Assembly: GCA_028748975.1 (NCBI GenBank) | Contig: JAQTPI010000005.1 | Location: 8,933 to 72,932, forward strand | Reading direction: 5' to 3' | DNA from: Patescibacteria group bacterium | GTDB taxonomy: Bacteria > Patescibacteriota > Patescibacteriia > UBA2196 | DNA length: 64,000 bases | In this document: one piece after another, positions 7,607 through 17,046 of the stretch | How the letters are laid out: every line of letters starts with the position of its first letter | Numbering within the stretch: position 1 is the stretch's first letter | Notes under the pieces: generated by a model | What the model was told of the DNA's origin: nothing | The model's database searches: none | The model's input: the letters and a program-made list of their open reading frames with translations, nothing else | Program-made: the position numbers and the translations under genes

Positions 7607-9625
7607 ATTGCGGAAATTATACCAGCGGTAAGATTACCGCGAAATCTGAATTCTTTTAGTTATTTGGTGCCGGCGGAAATGGCTGGTGTTCTTAAGGTTG
7701 GCATGATTGTAGAAGTTGATTTTAGAGGGAGAAAAGTTGACGGACTAATAATAAAAATCAGAAAACAGAAATCAGAAAACAGAAATCAGAAAACAGAAAT
7801 CAGGGAGAAAAATAATTTTAAATTAAAGCCGATTAAGAAAATTGTTTTCCCCACCCCACTCGTTACTTTGGCGCAGATTGATTTGATAAGAAAAATTGCC
7901 AAATATTATGGCGTGTCGGAAGGGGTGGTGTGCCGGTCGTTTTTACCGGCGCTTTCTAAGCGCCTCCTACGAATGTACGAATCCTACGAATATACGAATA
8001 GAACAACTAAAACGAAAAAAGTTAAAATAGTGAACTCACATCTTTTCTGGTGGCAGAACTTAGACGAACGAAATACGGAATATAAAAAAAATATTAATAA
8101 AACCAAAGGGCAGATTTTGATTCTGACGCCGCAGATTGATTTTATTGAGCAATTAATAAAAGATTTAAAATTGGATGAAAAAAAAGTGATTAGAATTCAT
8201 AACGGCATTAAACCCAAAGAGTTTTTTGAGAACTGGTTGAAAATTTTATCGGGCGAGCCAAAAATTATCATTGGCACCAAAATGGCCTTGACACTTTCCT
8301 TCTCTAATTTGAAAACTATTATTATTGACGAGGAGCAGGATTGGAATCATAAACAATCAGATATTAATCCGCGCTATGACGCGCGGATGGTGGCGGAATG
8401 GCTGGCGAGTGCGCACGGAGCGGAGTTGGTTTTGGCGAGCGCGGCGCCGAGGGTGGAGACATATTACGAATTATTGAAATCAGAAAACAGAAAACAGAAA
8501 TCAGGGGATTCTACGAGATCCCTCGGCTCCCCCGAGTACTCGGGGTCGCTCGGGATAAACTTAGTGAATTTACAAGACGAAAAGACCAAAGGCAATTATT
8601 CCCTACTCTCGGATTCACTCAAAGAAAAAATTGAAGAAATATTAAAAACAAATAAAAAAATATTTTTACTGCATAACCGCAAAGGTACCTCGGGTTTTGT
8701 TTCTTGCGCAGACTGCGGTCATGTTTTTTTATGCCCGGAGTGTCAAATTTCTTTGAATTATTTTCAGACGCAAGGAAGATTAAAATGCGGCCATTGCGCG
8801 CATCAAGAAGAAGTTCCGCCGCTTTGTCCGAAATGCAGCGGACCGAAGATTACTTTTAAAGCCAAGGGCGTGGAAGATCTGGCGCTGGAATTAAAAAAGA
8901 TTTTTCCAGAGATAAATATTTTAGCGGCTTTTAAAAATGAAGGTAAAAAAACAGATTTCAGCAAAGCGCAAATTATCGCGGGCACAGAATTCGCCCTAAG
9001 TAAGATTAATTGGGAGGAAATTGGGTTGGCTGCTATTGTTAATTTTGACCAATTGGTAAACCGGCCGGATTTGGGAGCGCAAAAAGGCGCCTATGATTTA
9101 TTAAAATATATTCAGGGTAGATTGCAGGGCGAACTTATTATTCAGGCGCATAATTTGGATAATATAATTTTGAAAAGCATAAAAGAAAATAGGCCGGAAA
9201 TTTTTTATGAAAATGAACTGGAAAACCGCAAAGATCTTAACTATCCCCCGTTTTGCCGTCTGATTAAAATTATTTTTCAAGATAAATCCAAGGCCCGTGC
9301 TTATTATTTAAGCGACCAGTTGGCGCGGGAGATAAAAAAATTACACACTTGTCATTCCGAGCGAGAGCGAGGAATCCCTTATATTTCCCATACAAGAAAG
9401 ACGAAGGGATCCTTCACTTCTCCGCCTGCTGGCGGATTCGTTCAGGATGACAACACAACCGATTGGCAAGTGAATGGTCCGATACCCGCTGTGCCGGAAA
9501 AAATCCGCGGTAATTTTTTCTATCATATTATTGTTAAACTACCGCTGGCGGCGGATTTAAATAAATTATTTAAAATTATTCCGCCGGATTTTGTGGTTGA
9601 CACAGACCCAGAAAAGTTGACGTAA
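7604..9625 (+). CDS. priA: primosomal protein N' (PriA), probably helicase-inactive
   Basis: N-terminal 3'BD, LTPQ motif, Cys-rich zinc region CADCGHVFLCPECQ...CGHCAH...CPKCSG; Walker A (GxGKT) absent, DEEH replaced by DEEQ; several in-frame repeat insertions. Confidence 0.8.
   Translation: MIAEIIPAVRLPRNLNSFSYLVPAEMAGVLKVGMIVEVDFRGRKVDGLIIKIRKQKSENRNQKTEIREKNNFKLKPIKKIVFPTPLVTLAQIDLIRKIAKYYGVSEGVVCRSFLPALSKRLLRMYESYEYTNRTTKTKKVKIVNSHLFWWQNLDERNTEYKKNINKTKGQILILTPQIDFIEQLIKDLKLDEKKVIRIHNGIKPKEFFENWLKILSGEPKIIIGTKMALTLSFSNLKTIIIDEEQDWNHKQSDINPRYDARMVAEWLASAHGAELVLASAAPRVETYYELLKSENRKQKSGDSTRSLGSPEYSGSLGINLVNLQDEKTKGNYSLLSDSLKEKIEEILKTNKKIFLLHNRKGTSGFVSCADCGHVFLCPECQISLNYFQTQGRLKCGHCAHQEEVPPLCPKCSGPKITFKAKGVEDLALELKKIFPEINILAAFKNEGKKTDFSKAQIIAGTEFALSKINWEEIGLAAIVNFDQLVNRPDLGAQKGAYDLLKYIQGRLQGELIIQAHNLDNIILKSIKENRPEIFYENELENRKDLNYPPFCRLIKIIFQDKSKARAYYLSDQLAREIKKLHTCHSERERGIPYISHTRKTKGSFTSPPAGGFVQDDNTTDWQVNGPIPAVPEKIRGNFFYHIIVKLPLAADLNKLFKIIPPDFVVDTDPEKLT
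7751..7802. repeat. in-frame heptamer microsatellite (CAGAAAA/CAGAAAT)n
   Basis: aaaatcagaaaacagaaatcagaaaacagaaatcagaaaacagaaatcagg gives KIRKQKSENRNQKTEIR; second short array 8471-8500. Confidence 0.7.
8515..8570. mobile_element. MITE module (gagatccctcg...cgggataaac) in-frame in priA
   Basis: gagatccctcggctcccccgagtactcggggtcgctcgggataaac encodes RSLGSPEYSGSLGIN. Confidence 0.6.
9350..9452. mobile_element. MITE-like element (family A) in-frame in priA
   Basis: tgtcattccgagcgagagcgaggaatcc...tccgcctgctggcggattcgttcaggatgaca encodes HTCHSERERGIPYISHTRKTKGSFTSPPAGGFVQDDNT. Confidence 0.65.
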
Positions 9626-9714
9626 TAACCAAACTTTGATATTATTAAGTTTGAAAATAAAAAAATTCCAAGCACATCTGATATGCTTGGAATATACTGT
9701 ATGGGGTTATGTGT

Positions 9715-10161
9715 TCATGCCTTAATGATGAGAGAGAGACTGGAATCGCGAATTATTTCTACCTCATCATTTTTCCCGATTACCAGCCCGAGATTAGGGC
9801 AACCAAATTCAGCAAAATCTCGGCGAGAAGCAGCATTGCAAGCTGATTCATTAGCTCTAAATTGCGGCTGGAAAAAAACCATGCCCACGATTGGAAAAGT
9901 TCCTTCTTTCAAAATATTTTTTTTGTCTTTTTTCCAGAGATCCATGGCAACGGAAGCCAGGATATCTGGAGAAATTTCCGCACTCAAAATTGATGTTTTT
10001 TGTTTTTTGGGTATAATCACGTCTCTGATAATGACAATATCACCAATTCTTTGGCCGAGTAACCACCCTAAACGGCAATGGTTAGGAGTGGCGCCATCTT
10101 TCAGTTTCTGGATGATTTTTGCCAGTCCCGGAAGACTGATTCTGTCTTTTTTTTCAGACAC
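9715..10161 (-). CDS. hypothetical protein
   Basis: 148-aa ORF; weak resemblance to degenerate JAB/MPN N-terminus (PNHCRLGWLLG) without HxH; not assignable. Confidence 0.45.
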   Translation of the reverse strand: MSEKKDRISLPGLAKIIQKLKDGATPNHCRLGWLLGQRIGDIVIIRDVIIPKKQKTSILSAEISPDILASVAMDLWKKDKKNILKEGTFPIVGMVFFQPQFRANESACNAASRRDFAEFGCPNLGLVIGKNDEVEIIRDSSLSLIIKA

Positions 10162-10281
10162 GGTCTTTCCTCCAATTTTATTGGTTTTTTACATAGTATA
10201 AGCTCTGGTTAAGCTTATTTAGAATAAATATAGCATGTTTAAAAATTCTTGTCAAGTTCAGAATTTAAAATAATATAAATT

Positions 10282-10737
10282 ATGATTCTCAACATTCTCA
10301 CCCACCCTAATAATACTCTTAGAAAAAAATCGTCAGTTATTTCAGCGGATGAGATTTTGAGTGCGGAATTTCAGAAATTTTTGGATGATTTGGGCGAGAC
10401 CATGGTGGAGTTTGACGGCGCGGGATTGGCCGCGCCGCAGACGGGAAATTTAAAACGCGCGGTGGTAATTCACGCCGAAGACGGTGAAATCAAATTTTAT
10501 GTTAATCCTAAAATTACGTATAAAAGTTTGAGAAGAAGTATTGTGGAAGAGGGCTGTCTTTCGGTACCGGGAGTTTTTGGCGATGTGAAAAGGCCAAAAA
10601 AAATTTGGATTAAATATCAGGACAGAAAAGGAATTGGGCACAAAGAAAGATGTGATTTATATTCCTCGCGCGTGCTCCAGCATGAAATTGACCATTTGGA
10701 TGGCATACTCTTTATTGACAAGATGATAAAAAAATAA
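10282..10737 (+). CDS. def: peptide deformylase
   Basis: GLAAPQ, EGCLSVPG, QHEIDHL motifs. Confidence 0.9.
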   Translation: MILNILTHPNNTLRKKSSVISADEILSAEFQKFLDDLGETMVEFDGAGLAAPQTGNLKRAVVIHAEDGEIKFYVNPKITYKSLRRSIVEEGCLSVPGVFGDVKRPKKIWIKYQDRKGIGHKERCDLYSSRVLQHEIDHLDGILFIDKMIKK

Positions 10738-10766
10738 AAAACGGCCGAACGGCCGTTTTTATTTTA
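10738..10766. terminator. bidirectional rho-independent terminator
   Basis: aaaaacggccgaacggccgtttttatttt. Confidence 0.7.
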
Positions 10767-10779
10767 AATTAGATGTTTT

Positions 10780-10853
10780 TGGCAGGGGCGGTAGGAATTG
10801 AACCCACGCTAATGGTTTTGGAGACCATTGTACTACCGTTATACGACGCCCCC
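10780..10853 (-). tRNA. tRNA-Trp (anticodon CCA), CCA end encoded
   Basis: manual fold: acceptor gggggcg/cgcccct, anticodon loop ctCCAaa, T-loop ttcaatt; close match to E. coli tRNA-Trp layout. Confidence 0.75.
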
Positions 10854-10904
10854 ATCAGAAATATCCGAGATTAATATAATTCTAATAAATTTTTTAACTT
10901 TTGT

Positions 10905-10937
10905 CAAAAACGAAAAAGCCCCGATATACATCGGGAC
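10905..10937. terminator. bidirectional hairpin terminator
   Basis: aaaaagccccgatatacatcgggactttttag. Confidence 0.55.
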
Positions 10938-10944
10938 TTTTTAG

Positions 10945-10989
10945 ATTCCCGCCTGCGCCTGCCTAGACGGCAAGACTGGCGGGAATGAC
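10945..10989. mobile_element. short palindromic element (gattcccgcctgcg...ggcgggaatgaca)
   Basis: same module found in-frame at 29124-29201. Confidence 0.5.
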
Positions 10990-10998
10990 ATAATCAAT

Positions 10999-11319
10999 TT
11001 ATCTGCCACGGCTTTGTTTGTAACAATCAAAACATTTCACGGTGCTTGGGTCTTTCGGATTAAAAGGAAGTTCAGTGACAGCGACGCCGCACATGCTGCA
11101 GGTCCAGTTGCCCTGAATTTTGGGTTTGGGGCCGCGGTCATTGCCGAAACCGCCGCGGTTACCATCTCTTTGCGAACGATTTTTTTTGTAGCAATCGGGG
11201 CAATAAACGGTGCTGCCCGGACGCGGATCAAATTTCAATTGGGTGATAGTGCCACCGCAATCCGCGCAGGTCCAATTACCTTGAACCATGGGACGATCAA
11301 AATCACTTTGATAAGCCAT
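10999..11319 (-). CDS. tandem CxxC-x17-CxxC zinc-ribbon protein
   Basis: two repeats QGNWTC..C...(17)...C.DCYK. Confidence 0.6.
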   Translation of the reverse strand: MAYQSDFDRPMVQGNWTCADCGGTITQLKFDPRPGSTVYCPDCYKKNRSQRDGNRGGFGNDRGPKPKIQGNWTCSMCGVAVTELPFNPKDPSTVKCFDCYKQSRGR

Positions 11320-11410
11320 ATTTTTTCTTTGTTTGATTTAGGCCCTGCAAAATGACTTGCGGTCGCACTATTTCAAACTTTAATTATATATTATAAATTG
11401 TTTTTTTAAA

Positions 11411-11547
11411 CCTGTCCTGAGGGGTCCGAGTGAAACAAGGGCGACGAAGGACACCTTGCGAACCAGGGTAGATTATATTTTATATATCTTACCTGTTTGC
11501 CACGGGATCCTTCGTCGTCGTTCTTACTCCTCCTCAGGATTGAGTCG
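11411..11547. mobile_element. MITE-like element (family A)
   Basis: cctgtcctgaggggtccgag...gggatccttcgtcgtcg...cctcaggattgagtcg. Confidence 0.55.
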
Positions 11548-11552
11548 CGAAT

Positions 11553-11723
11553 TTACTTTACCTTCGTTTCCTTGTGTTTGGTATGCTTGCGGCAAGTATT
11601 GCAAAATTTATTCAGCTCCAGTTTTTCTTTAAGTATTTTTTTATTTTTAGTGCTGAAATAATTGATATTGCGACAAACCGTGCATTCAAAGCCGATGAGT
11701 TTTTCTTTATATTTGGTAGCCAT
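11553..11723 (-). CDS. rpmG: 50S ribosomal protein L33 (below 60-aa ORF-track cutoff)
   Basis: minus-strand translation MATKYKEKLIGFECTVCRNINYFSTKNKKILKEKLELNKFCNTCRKHTKHKETKVK, CxxC...CxxC L33 pattern, TAA stop at 11553-11555. Confidence 0.8.
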   Translation of the reverse strand: MATKYKEKLIGFECTVCRNINYFSTKNKKILKEKLELNKFCNTCRKHTKHKETKVK

Positions 11724-11787
11724 AAAAATTCATTTTATCATGTTAACATTTTAACATATTAACATAAATTAATTTATTATACATCTT

Positions 11788-11859
11788 AGCCGACTGTCGG
11801 ATTTGAACCGACAACCTATAGTTTACAAAACTATTGCTCTACCGTTGAGCTAAGTCGGC
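11788..11859 (-). tRNA. tRNA-Thr (anticodon TGT)
   Basis: acceptor gccgact/agtcggc, anticodon stem atagt/actat loop ttTGTaa, T-loop ttcaaat. Confidence 0.75.
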
Positions 11860-11863
11860 AGAA

Positions 11864-11946
11864 TGGGCAGGGTAGGGTTCGAACCTACGTAGCCCGAAGG
11901 CGACAGATTTACAGTCTGTTGCGATTGACCACTCCGCCACCTGCCC
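11864..11946 (-). tRNA. tRNA-Tyr (anticodon GTA), long variable arm
   Basis: acceptor gggcagg/cctgccc, anticodon loop ctGTAaa, variable arm cgccttcgggctacg, T-loop ttcgaac. Confidence 0.75.
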
Positions 11947-11954
11947 AAAAAATA

Positions 11955-12054
11955 TGTCATGTCATCCTGACGACCCACGACAGCAGTCGGGGGAGGAAGG
12001 ATCTCGTACGAGATTCCTCGTCGTCCCGAAGCGTCGGGACTCCTCGGAATGACA
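11955..12054. mobile_element. MITE-like element (family A)
   Basis: tgtcatgtcatcctgacgacc...ggatctcgtacgagattcc...cctcggaatgaca. Confidence 0.6.
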
Positions 12055-12064
12055 ACTACTAATT

Positions 12065-12967
12065 TTATATCTCTTCAATTCTCTTCTTAAAATCATCCAA
12101 TTTCTGGTTTTCCGGGTTGGCTTCTTTCAGCTGATCAAAGACCTTATAAGCCAGATATTTCTTCTTATTAAGTATACTCTCTTCTAAGAGATAGTCAAGA
12201 TAACGCGGGTCGCTCGGCTTCAAATCAACGGCTTTTTGATACATTTCCAGAGCGTTTTTATGGTCGTCCAATTTTTCCAAAACATAGCCATAATCACAAT
12301 AATATTCCGGGTTGGTGGTGCCGGCAGCAATGATTTTGGCATAAACTTCACGCGCGCCAACCCAATTGTTTTGAGCCATTTCCATTTCGGCGAGACCAGC
12401 TAAAGCGGGATTATTTTGGAGATCCATCTTGAGAATGAAATTATAAACTTCTTTAGCTTGTTCTGGTTTGTCGGTGGCCAGATAAATTTTGGCTAATCCC
12501 AAATAGGCTTCCGCGTTTTTAGCGTCCAGCGAGATTACTTCAATCAAAACATCTTCGGCTTCTTTATATTTTTCTTGATTAAGAAATTCCAAGCCGGCCG
12601 CCAATTTATCTTTAATATGATTTAATAAGTCATTATTAGCCAAACCAATCGCTGATTGGCGCTTGGTTTCTCTTTTGTAGTGCCGTTCCAACTCCATGGC
12701 TTTGTAATAGATTTTTTTAATACGCGCGGATAAAAAAGCTCCCAAGGGGATTAGATAATTTTTGGAAATTTTTTTTGTAGCCATACCGAATTTTCTTTTG
12801 AGCCGTTTTTCCGCCATTTCCGTTTTTACCTCTTTATTTTTCTCTTCAGGTAAAATTTCCAAATCAACCGCGGCCAGTCCGGTGGCATGACGAGCAAAAA
12901 TCAGGCCCAGATAAATCAGGGCGGCAAGGACGACGATGATGAAGATGATGAAGAGGGTTAAAAGCAT
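12065..12967 (-). CDS. membrane-anchored TPR-repeat protein
   Basis: N-terminal TM then several A..Y.G.A helix-turn-helix repeats. Confidence 0.65.
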   Translation of the reverse strand: MLLTLFIIFIIVVLAALIYLGLIFARHATGLAAVDLEILPEEKNKEVKTEMAEKRLKRKFGMATKKISKNYLIPLGAFLSARIKKIYYKAMELERHYKRETKRQSAIGLANNDLLNHIKDKLAAGLEFLNQEKYKEAEDVLIEVISLDAKNAEAYLGLAKIYLATDKPEQAKEVYNFILKMDLQNNPALAGLAEMEMAQNNWVGAREVYAKIIAAGTTNPEYYCDYGYVLEKLDDHKNALEMYQKAVDLKPSDPRYLDYLLEESILNKKKYLAYKVFDQLKEANPENQKLDDFKKRIEEI

Positions 12968-12980
12968 TTTTTTAAAAGAA

Positions 12981-13175
12981 TGTCATTCCGAATCCGCCAG
13001 CAGGCGGTGAGGAATCTCGTTGTTTAATAGAAAAGATATAGGGATATAAAGATATAAAGAAATACACAAACAAAGCCTTTTATATCCTTATTTCCTTATA
13101 TCTTTATTATTTACATTTTCAGCCACGGGATCCTTCACTTCGTCCCGAATACTCGGGACTTCGTTCAGGATGACA
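12981..13175. mobile_element. full-length MITE-like element (family A)
   Basis: tgtcattccgaatccgccagcaggcgg ... AT-rich core tatatccttatttccttatatc ... gggatccttcacttcgtcccgaatactcgggacttcgttcaggatgaca. Confidence 0.7.
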
Positions 13176-13184
13176 CTCTCCTAC

Positions 13185-14060
13185 TTAGTATCTCCCTGCC
13201 GAGCCGAACATTTTTATTTTTTCTTCAACTATTTTCTCTATGGCGGCGATGGCTGGTGTCAGCACTTGGCGCGGGTCATAGATTAAAGAATTTTCGTTTA
13301 GAATTTCTCTGACCGCGTTGGTGAAGGCTAGGCGCAGTTCGGTATCAATATTAATGATGCGCACGCCAAGTTCAATCGCCGGCTCAATCTGATTTTTTTT
13401 AATGCCCGAAGCGCCATGCAAAACGATCGGAGTGGCTGGCAAATTATTATGAATTTTTTTCAAGCGCAATAAATCCAAATCGGGCACGCCCACGTCGCGA
13501 AATTTTTTAATGCCATGCATGTTGCCGATGGAAACAGCTAAAGTATCAACGCTGGTTTGGGCTACAAAATCAACCGCTTCTTCCGGGTCGGTGAAAAACG
13601 GCGCCATGTCTTCCGGAGTTTGCGCTTTGTCTTCCACACCGCGCAAAATTCCAAGTTCACCCTGCGCCCAAACGCCGTGTTTATGGGCATAATCAACTGC
13701 TTGTTTGGTTAAAAGAACATTTTCCGAAAAAGGCAGCTCGGAAGCGTCAATGTGGATGGAGGAAAAACCAACACTAATACATTCGGCCACGGAACGAAAA
13801 CTTTTACCATGGTCAAGGTGCAGCGCGATGGGTACTTTTACTTTTTCATCTTTGGCCACGGCTTCCACGATTTGAGTAATGGCTTTCAGACCAGCATATT
13901 CAATAGTGGTTTCGGAAACCTGGATAATGGCCGGGGCGCCGAGTTTGCTCGCGGCGCGCACCACACCCAAGGCCGTTTCCAAATTGAAAATATTAAAAGC
14001 ACCGACGGCATAGCCGTCTTTTTGGGCTTTTTTGATTAGATCTTTGATGTGGACTAACAT
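13185..14060 (-). CDS. fba: class II fructose-bisphosphate aldolase
   Basis: DGYAVGAFN...LHLDHG pattern. Confidence 0.85.
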   Translation of the reverse strand: MLVHIKDLIKKAQKDGYAVGAFNIFNLETALGVVRAASKLGAPAIIQVSETTIEYAGLKAITQIVEAVAKDEKVKVPIALHLDHGKSFRSVAECISVGFSSIHIDASELPFSENVLLTKQAVDYAHKHGVWAQGELGILRGVEDKAQTPEDMAPFFTDPEEAVDFVAQTSVDTLAVSIGNMHGIKKFRDVGVPDLDLLRLKKIHNNLPATPIVLHGASGIKKNQIEPAIELGVRIINIDTELRLAFTNAVREILNENSLIYDPRQVLTPAIAAIEKIVEEKIKMFGSAGRY

Positions 14061-14578
14061 TTATAGTTGAAATATTTTTTAAATGTTTTAGTTGGTGTTT
14101 GTCCCGTAGTATTGATAAAGTTATCTTTATCAACCATCTCTTTCATTCTTTCAAATTCGTTGCGAACCGCCGATATGCGATTGATTCCGGTTGTCCAACA
14201 TTCACGCTCTCTATCTCTTTTTACCATTGCTTCCGTGGTCGGAAATAAAATTTTAATCTCCAATTTGTCTCCAAATTCTCTTTTAAACATTTCGAAAAAA
14301 TCTAAGTAATTTCCAAAAATAATGTAATCGAGCACAACATCGTTCTCGCCGTTATTAAATATTTTTTTAACTTTAATAAAAATCTTTTGATGTGCCTGCT
14401 TCAACTTTTCAGAATTTTCTGGAAACCATCGACCTCCATTAGGAAAGAATTTGGTATCCAAATTATCACCATCAATCTTGATAAATCCGCATTTTTCAAC
14501 CAATAAATTAGCGATTGTGGTTTTACCAGAACCCCCAGGACCGGTTAAAATCAACACTTTTTTATCTGTTTTTCTCAT
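14054..14578 (-). CDS. P-loop NTPase / small-molecule kinase-like protein
   Basis: Walker A GPGGSGKTT near N-terminus, 174 aa. Confidence 0.55.
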   Translation of the reverse strand: MRKTDKKVLILTGPGGSGKTTIANLLVEKCGFIKIDGDNLDTKFFPNGGRWFPENSEKLKQAHQKIFIKVKKIFNNGENDVVLDYIIFGNYLDFFEMFKREFGDKLEIKILFPTTEAMVKRDRERECWTTGINRISAVRNEFERMKEMVDKDNFINTTGQTPTKTFKKYFNYKC

Positions 14579-14588
14579 AATTGTTATT

Positions 14589-15362
14589 TTATTCAGTTTC
14601 TACGGCCCGTATTAATGATAGGAACTTTTCCGCTTTCAAACTAGCGCCGCCGACTAAGGCGCCGTCAATTACTCCCGGTTTAATAAAATCCATAACATTG
14701 CTTTCATCCACGCTGCCGCCGTAAATTATGGAAATATTATTTTTTATAATTTCATGGCTGAAAAATTCCGGCAAAAGACCGCGAATTACGGCAGAGGCGT
14801 GCTGAGCTTCTTTTGGTTCGACGGCTTGGCCTGAACCAATCACCCAGACTGGTTCATAGGCGATGATTAAATTTTGATTATTATTTAATTTAACATCTTG
14901 GAGCGCTTTAGTAATTTGCTGAATTAAAATTAGGTCGGTTTTGCCAATCTGCCTTTCTTCAAAAGTTTCGCCAACACAAAGAATCGGCGTTAAATCATTA
15001 GCCAGACAGACTTTTATTTTTTGATTAATTTCTTCATTGGTTTCTTTTTGATACTGGCGCCGTTCCGAATGGCCGATAATAACATAATCTACGCCCAATT
15101 CTTTCAGTTGGCTGGGCGAGGTTTCACCAGTATAGGCGCCTTTTTCATGATAAAAAACATTCTGCGCGCCGAGTTTTATTTCTGATTTTTTAATAGCTTC
15201 CGCCACCGCTGATAGGGCCGCAAAAGACGGGCATAAAATCAGTTCAATGTTTTGCTTTAATGTTTTAATGCTTTCATGTTTTAATGAGTTCGCCAAATCC
15301 GCCGCTTCTTTATTTGTAAGTTGCATCTTCCAGTTGGCGATAATATAGGTTTTTTTACTCAT
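14589..15362 (-). CDS. tpiA: triosephosphate isomerase
   Basis: ANWKM...GAQN...GETS...IIGHSERR motifs. Confidence 0.9.
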   Translation of the reverse strand: MSKKTYIIANWKMQLTNKEAADLANSLKHESIKTLKQNIELILCPSFAALSAVAEAIKKSEIKLGAQNVFYHEKGAYTGETSPSQLKELGVDYVIIGHSERRQYQKETNEEINQKIKVCLANDLTPILCVGETFEERQIGKTDLILIQQITKALQDVKLNNNQNLIIAYEPVWVIGSGQAVEPKEAQHASAVIRGLLPEFFSHEIIKNNISIIYGGSVDESNVMDFIKPGVIDGALVGGASLKAEKFLSLIRAVETE

Positions 15363-15384
15363 AGAATTAATTATATCATGAAAA

Positions 15385-15554
15385 TGTCATCTCGAGCGAT
15401 AGCGAGGGATCTCGTCGTCATCCCTCCTTAAGAAGGAGGGGCGCGGGGAGGTAAATTTGCCGTTAGGCGCATCTGATCAATTTATATTCGCCTATCGGCG
15501 AGTTGACCCCCTCTGCTTCTCCCCCTTCTTAAGGGGGAGATAATCGTTCCGATC
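15385..15554. mobile_element. composite element (family A ends plus family B paired hairpins)
   Basis: tgtcatctcgagcgatagcgaggg...tccctccttaagaaggaggg...tcccccttcttaagggggaga...gatcggaacgacaa. Confidence 0.6.
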
Positions 15555-15568
15555 GGAACGACAACCGA

Positions 15569-16501
15569 TTATCTGTAATTATTCTCCGTCCACCAATAGA
15601 GCGCTTTGGTGTCCTGAAAACGATTATCATCGCTTTCCGCGCCGAGGATGACGGTAATAATTTTTCTGCCCTTAACTTCACCTAAAGTCGCCAGGCAAAA
15701 CATGGCTTCATCGGTAGAACCAGTTTTTCCAGCCAAGACCTTAAACGAATCATGATCTAGAAGATCGTTGGTGTTTTGGATCTGATAAACACCAGCTTCA
15801 GTCTGGAAGCTATAGTTTTTAGCACTGACAGCCTGATAAATTTTTTCGTTAGTTAGTGCTTTTTGTAAAATTACGGCTACTTCCGCGGCAGTGGAAACAT
15901 TTTTGGGTGAAAGTCCGGCAATGTCTTCAAAATGAGTTTTTTTTAAATTTAGAGCAATGGCTTTTTTATTCATAGCAGAAATGAAAGAGTTTTTATCAAG
16001 GCCGGACAATTTTGGAAATAAATTTACCGCTGGGTTGATGGAGCCGATTAGGGCGATATTAAAAATTTGTTCCGCGGTTAAATTTTCTTCGGCGGAAAAT
16101 TTGTATTCTCTGCCATCGGAATCCTGAAAATAACTTAAGTGGGTTTGGGTTTGCCAATTGGGATTTTGGTCCAAAAAAACCAAAGCGGCCATGAGCTTAC
16201 TAATGCTCGCGATTGGCCGCACAATGTTTTTATTTTTTTCATACAAAATTTCACCGCTGGCTTCGTCAATTGCCAAAGCCGATCCGGCGGAAATATCCAA
16301 ATCCAAAATTTGATTGGTGATTCGCTCTGGTGTTGCTACTTCCCCATTATTATTCACTTGTACGCCCAAAACCGCGCCGTTTTTATCAATCGGCGCGCTG
16401 GATGTGAAAATTTGAGCGATTAAAATTAAAGAAAGTAATAGATTAGCTAGCATGAAAGGTAATAAGTAATAAGTAACTAGTAATAAGGGCGGCACCGTCA
16501 T
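15569..16501 (-). CDS. serine-type D-Ala-D-Ala carboxypeptidase (S11-like); true start probably near 16453
   Basis: SxxK motif ASISKLM, N-terminal TM; N-terminal 16 aa of listed ORF derive from stop-free reading of heptamer repeat. Confidence 0.75.
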   Translation of the reverse strand: MTVPPLLLVTYYLLPFMLANLLLSLILIAQIFTSSAPIDKNGAVLGVQVNNNGEVATPERITNQILDLDISAGSALAIDEASGEILYEKNKNIVRPIASISKLMAALVFLDQNPNWQTQTHLSYFQDSDGREYKFSAEENLTAEQIFNIALIGSINPAVNLFPKLSGLDKNSFISAMNKKAIALNLKKTHFEDIAGLSPKNVSTAAEVAVILQKALTNEKIYQAVSAKNYSFQTEAGVYQIQNTNDLLDHDSFKVLAGKTGSTDEAMFCLATLGEVKGRKIITVILGAESDDNRFQDTKALYWWTENNYR

Positions 16502-16555
16502 CCCCTCCTTTTTAAGGAAGGGTGCGAACGAGAGCGAGCGGGGTGGTTATATAAA

Positions 16556-16957
16556 TTAAATTATTTTATCTAAATCGTTATTCAAAACAATCGGCTTCAT
16601 GGCTTCAATTTCATCAGTATAAAGCATTTGCGGAATTGGATTGAGCAGAAATATTTTTTTGTTTAAAACATGGGCAAAAGCCATTTCAATCAAGGAATTA
16701 CCGCCGATATAATTGGGAATGTTATTTTTTTCTTTATTAATGATGAGGATGGCGTCGGTTTCTTTGATTTCATTAAAATAGTTTCTGAAAACATCCAATT
16801 CCAGTTTTTCCCATTTGTTTTCCGCACCCAGTTCGCCCGAGGCATACTTTTCGGTATTTTTGGGTATGACAACCATGTGGCCAATTTCTTCCAACCGGCT
16901 TTTTATTTGGAGCATATCACTCGCAAATTGTAAACTGCCGCAGATGGTTATTTTCAT
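16556..16957 (-). CDS. nucleoside 2-deoxyribosyltransferase-like Rossmann protein
   Basis: MKITICGS start, GGNSLIEMAFAHVLNKKIFLL resembling NDT family GTAFE.GYA motif; low certainty. Confidence 0.45.
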   Translation of the reverse strand: MKITICGSLQFASDMLQIKSRLEEIGHMVVIPKNTEKYASGELGAENKWEKLELDVFRNYFNEIKETDAILIINKEKNNIPNYIGGNSLIEMAFAHVLNKKIFLLNPIPQMLYTDEIEAMKPIVLNNDLDKII

Positions 16958-16968
16958 AGTTTATATTT

Positions 16969-16997
16969 ATACTTGACAGGATTTTTTTGGCATACTA
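16969..16997 (+). promoter_or_regulatory. consensus sigma70 promoter (TTGACA-17-TATAAT)
   Basis: cttgacaggatttttttggcatactataatg; followed by about 50-nt leader with SD gaggagg before ATG 17047. Confidence 0.6.
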
Positions 16998-17046
16998 TAA
17001 TGAAATTATAATTTACTTAAACCCTTTAACTAAACGAGGAGGCGCC

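Noticed and set aside
9715-10161. JAB/MPN deubiquitinase-like protein suggesting a ubiquitin-like conjugation module
   Set aside because: JAMM HxH...S..D motif absent and no ThiS/MoaD or E1-like neighbours (flanked by priA and def); insufficient evidence.
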